A stretch of DNA of 64,000 bases, taken from contig OX597816.1 of the NCBI GenBank assembly GCA_951406725.2, positions 72,726,001 through 72,790,000 on the forward strand, in the 5' to 3' direction. This stretch comes from Octopus vulgaris. Taxonomy: Eukaryota. The position numbers and the translations under genes are program-made. A model generated the notes under the pieces. That model was not told where the DNA came from and did not search any database. It saw only the letters and a program-made list of their open reading frames with translations. Shown piece after piece: positions 1 to 13,301 of this stretch (its first letter is position 1; each line of letters opens with the position of its first letter).

Positions 1-75
1 GGTAGATAGACAGGCAGACAGGTAGATAGGTAGATAGATAGTTAGATAGATACATAGATAGATAGGTAGAAATAT

Positions 76-151
<76 letters not shown>

Positions 152-157
152 GCAGAC

Positions 158-219
<62 letters not shown>

Positions 220-394
220 ACAATGAGAAATTTACACAACTACATTAAAGCATATGATAGGTAGTGAGATGACAAAATTGCCGGCCGAATGGAAAGGTGT
301 GTGTATATAAATATATATATATAGATATATATATACAGGTGTTTGTATACATACACACTCAATCACACCCACACACATACTCACATAATTATCT

Positions 395-439
<45 letters not shown>

Positions 440-611
440 CGCGCATTCGTACATACATAGATGCAAATGTTATCGCACACACCTACACATGCATGTATGC
501 AAATGTCCGAGCGCGTGTATATGCGAGCGAGCGAGCGTGCGTGGGCGCGTCTGGACACACAGCACTACTGCATGTGCGTACATCATTTTTGCTTTCCCAC
601 CATTAAAGCAT

Positions 612-734
612 TACACTGCAGAATTCAAGCCAATCACCAATAGTTTGTCGAGGCTTCTTTCGTTGAAACAAGACAGTTCCTTTCGTATGTTCCGCATTCG
701 AGACTCAACTGGAAGTTTGCAATCCTCAGACATA
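612..734 (-). pseudogene. Decayed hAT transposase C-terminal dimerisation-domain relic
   Basis: Minus-strand translation ...LPVESRMRNIRKELSCFNERSLDKLLVIGLNS resembles the hAT dimerisation pattern LPV..ER.FS.M..IK...R..L....LD.LL.I.LN, with an internal deletion. Confidence 0.4.
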
Positions 735-924
735 TCTCTCATGGTCATTGAAACACGTTATCTCATCGCAATAAGTAATGGAACTTGTGGTGGATGTCTG
801 TGTTAGTCATATACACATATTTCGTTGTATGTATATATTCACTCAAAGATACTTAACAGGAAAATCATTAGAATATCATAAGAATTTTCACTGTACCAAA
901 AACCGCTTTGATTTAGGGGAATAC

Positions 925-1029
925 GAAGCTGTAGTAGAAGAGACCTGCCCAAGGTGTCACGCAGTGGGACTGAACCAGGAACCATGTGGTTGGTAAGCAA
1001 GCTATTTACTACACAGTCACTCCTGCGCC
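925..1029 (-). mobile_element. tRNA-derived SINE family B, 5' fragment
   Basis: Reverse complement of the GGCGCAGGAGTG...GGTTCAGTCCCACTGCGTG.CACCTTGGGCA head seen in full at 57473. Confidence 0.85.
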
Positions 1030-1280
1030 TCATATATATATATGGCTTATCAGTCCATTAAATGCTTCATAAAAATATATATGTAAAATAAATATTTCGA
1101 TATGAGAGGCAAACATACACATTGAAACAATACATGTTCAGCAATATTTAAATCGTACAAATTTACACATACAGGATCAATTCGTCGTATCAGTGGCTCT
1201 AATATTAAAACTCACGAAAATACATGGAGAGTTGGAAGGGAGAAGTCCAAATTAAAATCCAAATGTGGCGATTAACGTAT

Positions 1281-1371
1281 ACATCCTACGGCCGTTTCAG
1301 ATACATAATGGTTAGAGTAAATATCGATTTAAAATCCATTCCAGTATCGAAATTTCCTTCCTCGGGGACAC
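1281..1371 (-). ncRNA. Degenerate minimal hammerhead-like motif
   Basis: Minus strand GUGUCC-CCGAGGA-...GAUAC...GUAUC-U-GAAA-CGGCCG-UA-GGAUGU; palindromic stem III, wobble-rich stem I, extra nucleotides before stem II. Confidence 0.4.
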
Positions 1372-1698
1372 TAATGTCTCATATGGATCACATTTGGTAC
1401 TTTTGTTCACAGACGTCGAAGTTCAGTTACATTATACAATTTCGTGTTTTATATAAAATCGATCGGATGAATTAGATAAAAGACGAGTTGAATAGAAATA
1501 AAACGATTAAGACGAATTCAGAATATATGATGGGGGTGGGGTGAAATTAAAAATACGGGTTTTCCCGAAAAATATTCTAGTGGTGAAATGGTTTTTCTTT
1601 TCCTTCTTTAAAATGTTTAAAATTTTTTATTTATTAGGGATTTATTGTTACTTAACGAAAGGATTTAAATATGGATAGGTATTTATGGTTATATAAGA

Positions 1699-1749
<51 letters not shown>

Positions 1750-1854
1750 GTATATATGTATGTATGTATGTATATTATATATATATGAATACATATACAT
1801 ATATGTATAGATATACATATATGTATCTGTATAAGTATATATGTATATATATGT

Positions 1855-1896
<42 letters not shown>

Positions 1897-2576
1897 ACAT
1901 ATATATGTATATATATATATATGTATATACATATATGTATGTATTATTATTACTCAGTCAGACACACATATATGGATAGACAGACAAATAGACGAACAAA
2001 CAGACAAAGAAGCAGACAGACGGATACCTAGCCAGGTAAATAGGTAGACCGACAGATCTACAGAGAGATTAATTAAAGAAATGATACAGGAAAGTGTATA
2101 ATAGGGAGGAAATGGTGAGGAAAAGGACAGACTGAGCGAAAATGTGGCTAGTTAATTGTCAGATAAACAGAGATTAAGAGAAAATGACTAGATACCAACC
2201 TTGTACCATATGCATCTTTTGAAACACACACACATACACATACACAAACACACATATGCCTATTCATGTACTCACGTACTTGCACACATGTTCACACAAA
2301 TGGAGACGCAAGATCACATATACATGAATAAATGAATGTATACACACACACACACATATATATGCATACGTTTATGTCTGTGTGCCTTCACTTTACAACA
2401 TATGTGGGTGTGATTACGTTCCCGTAACGTAGACCGATATGATAAGAACTAGGCTTAAGAAGATTAAGTCCTGGGGTTGATTTCTCCGACTGAAACCCTT
2501 TAAGGCGATGTTCCAGCATGGCCGGAGTCAAATGACTGAAACAAAAGAATAAACGAATATCAGAATATATGTAATA

Positions 2577-2612
<36 letters not shown>

Positions 2613-2616
<4 letters not shown>

Positions 2617-2734
2617 CCTGCTCGCTTAGCCAGCGGGGTGGCGTTATTGAGGGCTAAAACAATGCGAAGCGTATTGTGACCAGCGATGTGTAGCAAATCT
2701 GATGGCCTAGTCGGTCACGTGATCACGTGATCAC
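2613..2734 (+). mobile_element. SINE family C, 5'-truncated copy in (TA)n
   Basis: Near-identical to the 3' part of the full copy at 39767-40077. Confidence 0.85.
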
Positions 2735-2736
2735 TA

Positions 2737-2775
<39 letters not shown>

Positions 2776-2830
2776 TGATTTTGATTTTTCCAGTTTCAGC
2801 TCATGAGCTGTGGCCATGCTGGGGCACCGC

Positions 2831-2995
<165 letters not shown>

Positions 2996-3212
2996 ATCGG
3001 TTTTCGAACAGACAATTCGAGATGAAAATGCCTCGGTTATCGAACAAAATTTCGGTTCTCGAATAACATTGCTGAACCGAACCGAGTTAACCCGAACGGA
3101 TTCATTTCTCATTCGACCGCCGCATTGTATACATTCGTGTGTTGTTCTGTGCTTTTCTTTTCTAATTTTATTGTACTGTGCCTTTTTTTTTTCTCTTCAG
3201 TAGCCCTTCGTC

Positions 3213-3878
3213 ATGGCTCCAAAGAAAGCTAGCAGTGATACTGGTAACGGAAAAAGAAAAGTTGAGAGAAAAACAATTGCGGTGAAGAAAGAAATCATCA
3301 CAAAATACGAAAATGGCGTTCGTGGATCAGATCACGAAGCGCAGTACGGAATGCCTAAATTGACAATATCTACTATTCTAAAAAAAAAGTATAAGGAAAT
3401 GATAAAAGCAGCCGATGCTGCAAAAGGAGTGACTGTTATTAATAAAGAAAGACCAAAGATACTCGAAGAAGTCGAAAAGTTATTACTTATATTTATAAAT
3501 GAGAAACAGTTAGCAGGTGATAGTATCAGTAAAGCATTTATTTGTGGGAAAGCATTAGAACTTTATAATGGTCTAGTAAAGAAAACCCCTCGTACAGGTG
3601 CTGGAAGGGATAGTTTTGAGTTCAAAACTAGCAGAGACTGGTTCGAGAAATTTAAGCAGAGATGTGAAATTCACAGCGTAATTAGGCATGGAGAGGTGGC
3701 GAGTTCAAACAAGGAAGCGGCTGAGGAGTTTGTGATTGAGTTTAGTGACTTGATAAAGGAAGGAAGTTATCTCCCCCAACAAGTGTTTAAAGGGTATGAA
3801 ACAGGATTATTTTGTAAACGAATGCTAAATAGGGCCAATATTACAAAGGAGGAAAAAAGCGTGGCTATCACACACTGA
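3213..3878 (+). pseudogene. Tigger/pogo-family transposase, 3'-truncated (CENP-B-type HTH domains plus start of DDE_1)
   Basis: 221-aa ORF with KKEIITKYENG..YGMPKLTISTILK, LEEVEKLLLIFINEKQLAGD, FKTSRDWFEKFKQR..IH...HGE and YLPQQVFKGYETGLF (normally VFNxDETGL); repeated CGGTT.TCGAA motifs upstream at about 2998-3063. Confidence 0.92.
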
Positions 3879-4085
3879 AGACGGGTAACTACCCAGAAAC
3901 CTGGGTCTGTGTGCAACATGTAAGGTTAGAGATGGAAGCGATGGCCTCCCCTCGCAAATTCTAATCGGACTCAGACAGTGTGTGGTTAGCCATCTGGAGA
4001 AGATGTCTTCCTGGGGCTAAAAACTACAACAGTAACATCGTCCTCTATGGGACCGCCAGATTTAGTTGACAAATATATTTTACAA
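3865..4085 (+). mobile_element. Penelope-type non-coding terminal fragment carrying a hammerhead
   Basis: Homologous to 5130-5343 (same ribozyme and downstream GCAAAT.CT.AT.GG...AGCCA.CTGGAG...CCTGGG tract); truncates the Tigger ORF. Confidence 0.65.
3869..3913 (+). ncRNA. Minimal type-I hammerhead ribozyme, intact core
   Basis: CACACA-CUGAAGA-C-GGGU(AACU)ACCC-A-GAAA-CCUGGG-UC-UGUGUG: 6-bp stem I, 4-bp stem II, GUC triplet, predicted cut after 3907. Confidence 0.85.
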
Positions 4086-4273
4086 TTCAAATGTTGCCAC
4101 ATCTATGCCAGTACACTCGTCTGAACGCCAAAACGTTAACAGAACGAGAACAGTGAAGAAGTTTCAATGAAAATAGTAATGCAATACGAAAGTATTGCTT
4201 TCCAGTAAAAGATAGCCTGTTAACGTTTTGGCGTTCAGACGAGTGTACTGGCATAGATGTGGCAACATTTGAA
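4086..4273. repeat. Perfect 57-bp inverted repeat
   Basis: TTCAAATGTTGCC...AACGTTAACAG (4086-4142) is the reverse complement of 4217-4273. Confidence 0.95.
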
Positions 4274-4288
4274 ATTTTGTCGAGGTAT

Positions 4289-4359
4289 ATGCAGCTGATG
4301 ATGACAAATCAAATCTACGTTGGCAAACGTATTTGAAGAGTCTGAAACCGGTACTGCAT
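4289..4359 (+). ncRNA. Minimal type-I hammerhead ribozyme with long stem II
   Basis: AUGCAG-CUGAUGA-UGAC...(UACGUU GGCA AACGUA)...GUCU-GAAA-CCGG-UA-CUGCAU; 6-bp stem I, palindromic ACCGGU, GUA triplet. Confidence 0.8.
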
Positions 4360-4615
4360 TATCCGTTTCTAGGTTTTTCATTTTTCAGATGTTCTTCCTA
4401 GAGGTAAGACAAATTTTTTTCATGTTTGTTGCACACACACGTCTTTACTAGTACATACGCAGTGAAACTATACAATAGCGTCGTATTTATTACGATCGGT
4501 ATTTTCCAGTAAATATCGGTACTTCGTTGTACCATTTATTTACTTTTATATGTATAATTTTACCCTTACGGGCTATCTTTTACTGGAAAGCAATACTTTC
4601 GTATTGCATTACTAT

Positions 4616-4686
<71 letters not shown>

Positions 4687-4920
4687 TATCTATGTATATA
4701 TGTATTTGTGTGTGTATGTGTGTGTTTGTGCTCATGCGTATATAAGACCTTGACATAATATGTTTGTTAGCCGTTCAATCGTTCATAGATTTTATGGATT
4801 TTGAAAGACAATTGCTCACACCCTGTGTTAGTAATCTTCAAAGCCACGACAGAAAAGTCCACCGCCGAAAAACATGCTAGACTTCAGGTGGTAAATTTTC
4901 CTGAGAAATGCTTTTAAATT

Positions 4921-5343
4921 AATAATAAATCTTAGAGCGACTTATAAACAGTAGCTGCAACATATCGTGACGTATATTTGCCATTCAAATATGTGTTGCA
5001 GCTACTGTTTATAACTCGCTGTTAGATTTATTATTGCTTGTTTACACTTTTTCGATATCAGTGTCTGTACGATACTGGAAAAAGGATATGTATTTGTGAA
5101 GGGAACCTACTTTTCATCGACAACTGTGATTGTTACACGCCGATGACGGGTCAATACCCAGAAACTCGAGTCCGTGTGTATCATAAGTTGAAGACGGGAA
5201 GGATGGCTTTCCTTTGCAAATACTGATAGGGCACAGAAAGTGTGTCTATAGCCAGCTGGAGGAGGTGTCCTCCTGGGTTTACAAACTACAGTAGCATCCA
5301 CCCTTAGGGGTTAGCCATATTTAAATGGCAAATACACGTCACG
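4921..5343. mobile_element. Penelope-type element with nested inverted segments
   Basis: 4921-4963 is inverted at about 4994-5036; CGTGACGTATATTTGCCATTCAAATATG (4966-4994) is inverted at 5317-5343; contains the hammerhead at 5121-5190. Confidence 0.7.
5121..5190 (+). ncRNA. Type-I hammerhead with extended stem I (CCGAUGA core variant)
   Basis: CAACU-GUGAU..UACACG-CCGAUGA-C-GGGU(CAAU)ACCC-A-GAAA-CUCGAG-UC-CGUGUG.AUCAU.AGUUG; palindromic ACUCGAGU. Confidence 0.8.
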
Positions 5344-5460
5344 GCTTTTAAATTAACAACCTTAAAAATAGAGGCGATTCAGAATTTAGTCTCCTCTCCA
5401 CAAATAACGTAATCTCTTGTAGACGATTTTAGACCTCGATTTCCAACCATATATGTAAAT

Positions 5461-5506
<46 letters not shown>

Positions 5507-5513
5507 TATTTGC

Positions 5514-5732
5514 ATTATTTACATTTGACGGATATTTGTCCTCATCTTGTTTGCTGTTAACACAACGTTTCGGCTGATATACCCTCCAGCCTTCATCAGG
5601 TGTCTTGGGGAAATTTTGAACTTGGGTTCTCATTTCTACAAGACACTTGATGAAGGCTGGAGGGTATATCAGCCGAAACGTTGTGTTAACAACAAACAAG
5701 ATGAGGACAAATATCCGTCAAATGTAAATAAT
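5514..5732. repeat. 94-bp inverted repeat, each arm carrying a hammerhead (PLE pseudo-LTR inversion)
   Basis: Arms 5514-5607 and 5639-5732 with 2 mismatches and a 31-bp spacer, flanked by (TA)n and (TACA)n. Confidence 0.95.
5559..5604 (-). ncRNA. Minimal type-I hammerhead ribozyme, intact core
   Basis: GACAC-CUGAUGA-A-GGCUG(GAGGGUAUAU)CAGCC-GAAA-CG-UU-GUGUU; the mirror copy at 5642-5687 (+) has C3U. Confidence 0.8.
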
Positions 5733-5776
5733 ATACATAATTCCCTATCTCCTTAATGTAGAACTGTAAATATACA

Positions 5777-5877
<101 letters not shown>

Positions 5878-6456
5878 ATATATATATATATGTATGTATA
5901 TATATAGGATAGGTAAATAAATAGATAGTTAGATAGATAGATAGATAGCTAGCTAGCTAGCTAGATAGATAGATAGATACATACATACATACATACATAC
6001 ATACATACATACATACATACATACGAACAGACAAACAGAGACAGAGAATGAGAAAGAAAGAGAGGTAGTGGACTGGAAGAGAGAGAAAGAGAGTGAGAGA
6101 GAGAGAAAATAAAATGTTCATATGAGCTATGGCGGTGTGTGTATGTGTATGTGAGCGTGCGCGTGTGTGCGTGTATGTTTGTGTGTCTGAGTGTGTGTGT
6201 GTGTACGTGCATTTTTGCAAATATATATGCGTATGCAAGAATGTGTGCATATATGTAATGTGTCAAAAAAAAACCGGAAGAAGATTAAGAGAAGTTAAAA
6301 TTCCGAAGTATTTAAATCAGTTTGAAGAAAAGAGAAAAATATGGAAAAGTGAATGCGAGAGAATGGTAAAGAGGAAGACCTGAGAAATCAACAGAAAGCT
6401 TCAATCTATGTATGTGTCATCAATATATTTGTGTGTGTGTGTGTGTGTGTGTGTGC

Positions 6457-6487
<31 letters not shown>

Positions 6488-6928
6488 TACACAGACACGC
6501 ATACACACACATATATATAATATATAATGTATGTATGTATGTATGTACGTACGTATGCATGTATGTATGTATGTATGTATGTATGTATGTATGTATGTAT
6601 GTACGTACGTATGTATGTATGTATGTATGTATGTATGTACGTATACGTACGTACGTACGTATGTATGTATGTATGTATGTATGTATGTATGTATGTATGT
6701 ATGTATGTATGTATGTATGTATGTATGAGGAGGTCAGACAAAGCAATAGATAAGCGTGGTAGATCAGACAGCTAAATGGGTGATTGACCAGCAGCCAAGA
6801 TAAAGACCGACAAAAATACATCTAAAGAAATGGAGAAATAGACAAAATCTTAAAGCAGACGAACAAAGACGAAGGTTTTTATCAATAAACAGCCTGTAAA
6901 GTATGTGTATATGCGTTTGTCAATGCAT

Positions 6929-6968
<40 letters not shown>

Positions 6969-7006
6969 GCGCACACACACACACATACATATGTACATAT
7001 TCATAT

Positions 7007-7060
<54 letters not shown>

Positions 7061-7111
7061 CATATATACATATATACATACAAATACATGCATACCTATA
7101 TACATACACAT

Positions 7112-7168
<57 letters not shown>

Positions 7169-7533
7169 AACATATGTGTATGGAAATGTATGGGGTTATT
7201 GCTCATTTTTATACAACTGGGTATATATAGATGACATTCAGTTGTATTTATATGTGCGTCGTTGTTTGATAGTGTTTCTAGAATGTTCGTACTTATTGTA
7301 TGGCAGAATATACGTTTGTGCGTACGCAATGCAGTTATTAAGATGAAATATTTATATACATACATATATATGTCTGTCTGTCTGTCTGTCCATCCATCCA
7401 TCCATCCATCCATCCATCCATTTGTCCGTCTGTCTATTTGTTTATTTACCTATCAATATATATATGTGTGTGTGTAATAGGTATGTATGTATGTGTGTGT
7501 ATGTGTACACACGCCCACACACACACACACACA

Positions 7534-7601
<68 letters not shown>

Positions 7602-7745
7602 TATATATATATACATACGTATATACATAATTACACACACACATGTTCATGTGTGTGTGTGTGGATATAGATGCAGATATACAATATAGAAAACGGACAA
7701 CCCCATTAGTCTTCCACTGACAAAAAGCAAAGGAAGTTTTATATA

Positions 7746-7783
<38 letters not shown>

Positions 7784-8107
7784 TGTGTCATTGAGGGTGT
7801 GCGTATGCGTGTTGTTGTGTATGTGAGTTTGTGCGTAGATGTTTCTTGTTATAATAGAAGAGAAGAAGACATCCTCTTTTATTTCTGAGTAAGTGTATGA
7901 GAAACATAGAATCCTAAAAAGACAAAAAGAGAGGAGATGGAAGCATGATGATGGGTGTAATGGAGGAAATAAATAGGAAAGTGTGAAAGGGGAATAGACT
8001 TAGTGAGATGGCTAAAATGAAAAAAAGGAAATAAGGAAATAATGTGTGAGAGAGAAAGTCTAAGGGACATAGATAATTAGATAAATAGATATATAGGAAG
8101 ATTGACA

Positions 8108-8188
<81 letters not shown>

Positions 8189-8197
8189 CTAGCTAGC

Positions 8198-8271
<74 letters not shown>

Positions 8272-8491
8272 TAGATTGACAGATAGATAGACACGCAAAC
8301 ACACACATATATACGTATATATATATACAAACATACATACACGTCAAGCGGGAAAGAGAGACAGACATATTCAAATAGATGGATAGATAGATAGATAAAT
8401 GGATATATAGGTAGATAGATATATAGATGAATAGATAGGTGAACAGATAGATAGATAGATGAATAGCTAGCTAGCTAGATAGATAGATAGT

Positions 8492-8561
<70 letters not shown>

Positions 8562-8562
<1 letters not shown>

Positions 8563-8770
8563 GTATACAGTGAGACAAACAGACAGACAGATATGTAGGA
8601 AGGTAGTCAGAGGGATGGATAAATGGATAGATAGACAGACAGAATGACACAAAGACAAACAGCCTGACACACAGACAGACAGATAGAAAGAGAGAGAGAG
8701 AGGAGGGAGAGAGACGAAAGAAAGAAGACAGGATAGAGATCAAGTTTGCATGTTAAAGTGAATGTTGGCA

Positions 8771-8771
<1 letters not shown>
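8562..8771. repeat. Inverted dispersed duplicate of 24559-24770 embedded in (GATA)n
   Basis: About 210 bp near-identical reverse complement, including the non-repetitive GATCAAGTTTGCATGTTAAAGTGAATGTTGGCAA. Confidence 0.92.
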
Positions 8772-8804
<33 letters not shown>

Positions 8805-9383
8805 GTTAACAGTGGAAGTGGGATAAAGAAATTACAAGAACCCAACAAGAATACGAAGTGGAAATGTGTGAGTCACGGGACATTGTGGTCAGGCGTCTTA
8901 GAAGACTCCGAGCTCTTGGCAGTAGGATAAAAAACACAGGAAACAGACGCGCATTGCTTCCATTAATATGGAGTTTAAAAAGACAAAACTTGACTTCTTA
9001 AAATAATCCATAGATGCACTTCAGCTGACCAATGACATGGAACTGTTCCTGGGCTCACAATTTCCGCTTCCGGTTTTCTCAACGTATTACATGATTACCT
9101 TCAGAAATGGTAATGATTAAGCTAATGATGATGATGAAAATGATGATGATGATGGCAGTGGTGATGGTGGTGGTGATGGGGATAATGGTGAGGAGGAATG
9201 GAGGAGGATTTTGAAGGTGACAATATGGAAACAATAACAATGATGGCGATGATAATGTTAATAATATAAATAATAATAAAAACAGCAATAACAATCAAGC
9301 TATTGGTATCCTCTTGATCGTCATCATTATCATCATCAGTCTTTTCTAAACTGCTGCTGATAATAATAATAATAATAATAATG

Positions 9384-9450
<67 letters not shown>

Positions 9451-9512
9451 GGATAATAATTATAACATTAATAATAATGATGATAATCATAACAATAATA
9501 ATAATAATAATG

Positions 9513-9573
<61 letters not shown>

Positions 9574-9575
<2 letters not shown>

Positions 9576-9951
9576 TAAAGACCTACTTATTGAAATTGAG
9601 AAAATGTGGCATCTCAAGGCGGTTACAATACCAGTGATCGTAGGAGCACTAGGAATGATCAAGAAGGGAACCGAAAATTATATGAGAATGATCCCTGGCT
9701 TACCATCCCTGCAAGAAGTGCAAAATATTGTCTTAACTGGTACATCACACGTATTGAGAAGAGCATTGTCGATGTGAGAACTGTTGCTGCTCATGTATTT
9801 TAATTTAACTTTAAAAAAAAAAAAAAAAAATGAACGAACTACTGAGTTTGCTTTAATGGCCTACCAATATACACTATGAGTTTCTTTGCCCTAGGAGTCG
9901 GGAAGACACTCGGCAAGAAATGGAAGAAAATTTGAAAGAAGAAAAAAAAAA
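9574..9951 (+). mobile_element. 5'-truncated R4/Dong-clade non-LTR retrotransposon in (TAA)n
   Basis: 9574-9777 translates YKDLLIEIEKMWHLKAVTIPVIVGALGMIKK...LQEVQNIVLTGTSHVLRRALSM*, a typical R4/Dong RLE C-terminus; 3' UTR stem-loop at 9881-9920; (TAA)n on both sides. Confidence 0.9.
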
Positions 9952-9990
<39 letters not shown>

Positions 9991-9992
<2 letters not shown>

Positions 9993-10543
9993 TGCCCTGA
10001 TGCAGTACCAGGCAGTACATGGCTTCTGATCTTAACTGATTGGAAGTGTTATCATGCACATTGTTTTGTCTTGGTATAAAAGATGGGCTACAGCAAATAT
10101 TCTGCTCAATACCACAGATTTGCTTGTCAGTTGTTTGACCTTAACCAGTTGAGCATGTCCCTTAGTGGCTGACGATATGTGCATCTCTGATCACGAGCAG
10201 AAGTAGTGGGGGAGCATCATAGCCATGTGTTGAGAGGGATTCTTCGGGGTTTGAATAGTTCACCTCTGGAAACATGGGTGGTTCTTTCAACATCCTTAAA
10301 CAACCCTTATTCAGGGACCGTTTGAGCGGGATGGGCTACTCAATCTGAAGAAAATTCTAACTGGGCCCCACCTGCAAGGTCATGTGCAGTTTATGTTGAT
10401 ATGAGATCACCATGTCGCGCACATATGGTTGTGATGCATGTGCCTGGTGTGCCTTTATCAGACGGGTAGTTATGATGGGTATATTGGGCTTCGTATATTT
10501 TACCCCAGTGTCACTTTGATGGCATGAACTGCTCTCTCACTCA
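9991..10543. mobile_element. About 550-bp non-coding element bounded by (TAA)n on both sides
   Basis: Complex, higher-GC block with sharp boundaries inside a TAA tract; no ORF or TIR recognised. Confidence 0.55.
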
Positions 10544-10625
10544 ATAATAATAATAATAATAATAGTAATATTATATCATTATTAATAATGATAATGTTAC
10601 TATTATTATTATTATTATTAATAGT

Positions 10626-10687
<62 letters not shown>

Positions 10688-10868
10688 CAGCAGCAGCAGC
10701 AGCAGCTGCACTAGTAGTAGTACTAGTAGAAATAACACTAGTACATTGTAATAGTAAAAATAAGTAGTTGAACATTTTAATGTGTAGAAACAGAATAATA
10801 ATATTAAAAAAATGATCAGAAATAGCTTATAGATAACGACTTCATTATTATTATTATCATTATTATTA

Positions 10869-10920
<52 letters not shown>

Positions 10921-10934
10921 CATTATCATCATCA

Positions 10935-11007
<73 letters not shown>

Positions 11008-11048
11008 TATTAATATTATTATTATTATCATTATAATTATTATAATTA

Positions 11049-11112
<64 letters not shown>

Positions 11113-11440
11113 CATTATTATTATTATATGTTATTCCTATTTTTTATTTTGTAAAAAATATTAACAATAGCTACAACATCAACAACAACAGCAGCAGCAA
11201 CGATATACTACATTGTAATAAAAGCCAGACATCAAACACAACTTTTATAATATTATAAAAATTAACAAAATTCTTCTCTTTCACTGGTTTCTGTCTGTCT
11301 CCTCTCTCGCTTTCTCACGTTTCTTGCCTTTAACTTAACCTTTTTGCTCATGCGCATCGGCTATTAGTCTGCATTTAATCCACATCGCTTCAAACGTTTG
11401 CACTGTCCCCAATACTTTGGGCCCTTATAGCCACCACCAC

Positions 11441-11493
<53 letters not shown>

Positions 11494-12022
11494 CATCATC
11501 ATCGTCATCATATCCGTTGCTGCTATTATTAATGTTAATTGTTGTTGTTCTTTTTGTTTCTTTTGTTTCTTTTTATTTATTTATTTATTCACTCATTTAT
11601 TTGTTTATTTCATATCTGTCGTTGTCACAGTTTCTGTCACTTTTAGCTTTTCCGTACCGCTATGCTAACGAAGCATACACGATCTCCAGCATCCGTTCGC
11701 CAACGTCTATTGAAATACCGCTAGCCGTTTTATTATATTCACAACAGTGCCGCCATCTTTAATATATATATATATCTTTGTGTGTGTGTGTGTGTGTGTG
11801 TGCGCGCGCATTTGTGTGTCTGTTTAAGTGTCTACTTGTAATGTTGGTTCCTATCTTGATTATACCCAATTTCTTTTGTAATTTGTCTTATCGTTTCGCT
11901 TATCGTAACAGTCATGTTTGTGTGTGTATGAGTAAAGACATACAAACATACATAAATGCATACATACATACATACACACATACATATATGCATATACATG
12001 TATGTATGTATCTATCTATCTA

Positions 12023-12083
<61 letters not shown>

Positions 12084-12084
12084 C

Positions 12085-12382
12085 CCCTTCCACTCGCACA
12101 TACACAAGCACCCGCACCTTCGGTTTTGGGATCACCACGACTTTATTATCACCCCTTCTTCCCAGCTCTCCTGTGTGACCCCTCTCTCCTGGTTTCGCCA
12201 TGATCGATCGCTAACCACTAAACCTTTTTTATTTTCTCTCCTTGTTTCTCTCTGTGTTCCTTTCTGTGGTAAGCATAGGCTCGAAACTTTAAAAACTTTT
12301 TCACTTCCCGAGCGTTAAACTAATACATCTGTCTATTGTCTACACACCCGTCTTTGTCTTTTGGTTTTTTGTAAATTCTCAC
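12085..12382 (+). mobile_element. PLE-type short repeat family with CUGUNGA hammerhead-like motif
   Basis: Homologous to 26875-27040, 27057-27198 (minus) and 37195-37502; consensus CUUU-CUGUNGA-A-GAGC(NNAG)GCUC-GAAA-CG-UA-AAAG. Confidence 0.7.
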
Positions 12383-12648
12383 AATGTATATATTAATATA
12401 TGTACAATTGTATGTGTGCGAGTGTGTGCATGCATTTATACACGAAACGCTCGTGCCCCGAGACACTCTGATTGTTAACCACTTGTAACATTCTTTTTCT
12501 TCTCAACCAAATCATGTTAAATTAGTCAAGCCTAGTCATTCCCAACATGTTAGATTATCTCCCTTATACCGGAAAAAATCCTGATTACCTACCCCTGCCT
12601 GGATTCCATATTTCACAACATAACAAAGATATGACACGATATAGATAA

Positions 12649-12685
12649 AGAAATTTGAAAAGAAATTACGAAACCGGTAATTTCT
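12649..12685 (+). ncRNA. Decayed minimal hammerhead
   Basis: AGAAAU-UUGAAAA-GAAAUUAC-GAAA-CCGG-UA-AUUUCU; 6-bp stem I intact, two core substitutions. Confidence 0.55.
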
Positions 12686-12819
12686 GCAAAAACTATGTTA
12701 CTATATGCAAAATTTTATAACAATTTTCTGACATAACGATTTAAATATATTCCTTGACCATATAACACAAGCCTTCTCTAGTTTTTTCACTCTTTTTTGT
12801 CTTTTATATACACACACAA

Positions 12820-12887
<68 letters not shown>

Positions 12888-13189
12888 ATACAAAATGGGA
12901 CAATACATCCGGACAACTAGGTGATACAAAAATGGACAACAAAACGTCCAGATAGACGATACTAAAAACACGGACGGGTCATTCGAAGCCTTTAATCTTC
13001 AGTCAAGAACAGGATCATCCTCGCAATTTCGTCTCTCTCTCTCTATATATAAGCTGTATATATGTATATATGTTTGTGTGTGTGTGTGATCATAGATGGG
13101 ATTACAACATTTTTTTATGCTTGCTAGTGATTGTTTTCCCTGAATGTTCATTTATTTTAAAACAATATTTTCCCAGTCTTGATATTTGT

Positions 13190-13301
13190 GTCCCACTCAA
13201 AAAAAAAGCGTCTCACCGAATGTTCAAGAAAGGTTAGGCAAAGCAGTTTGAAAATCTCGGAAGCAGATTTGCCGATGTTTCATTGTAAATTTGATGCAGT
13301 C
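13190..13301 (-). pseudogene. Mariner transposase N-terminal HTH relic
   Basis: Minus strand with frameshifts reads CIKF / NIGKSASEIFKLL / FEW. Confidence 0.55.

Noticed and set aside
686-735. Minus-strand CUGAGGA with UAUGU/ACAUA stem
   Set aside because: Lacks GAAA and NUH, and overlaps a probable hAT coding relic
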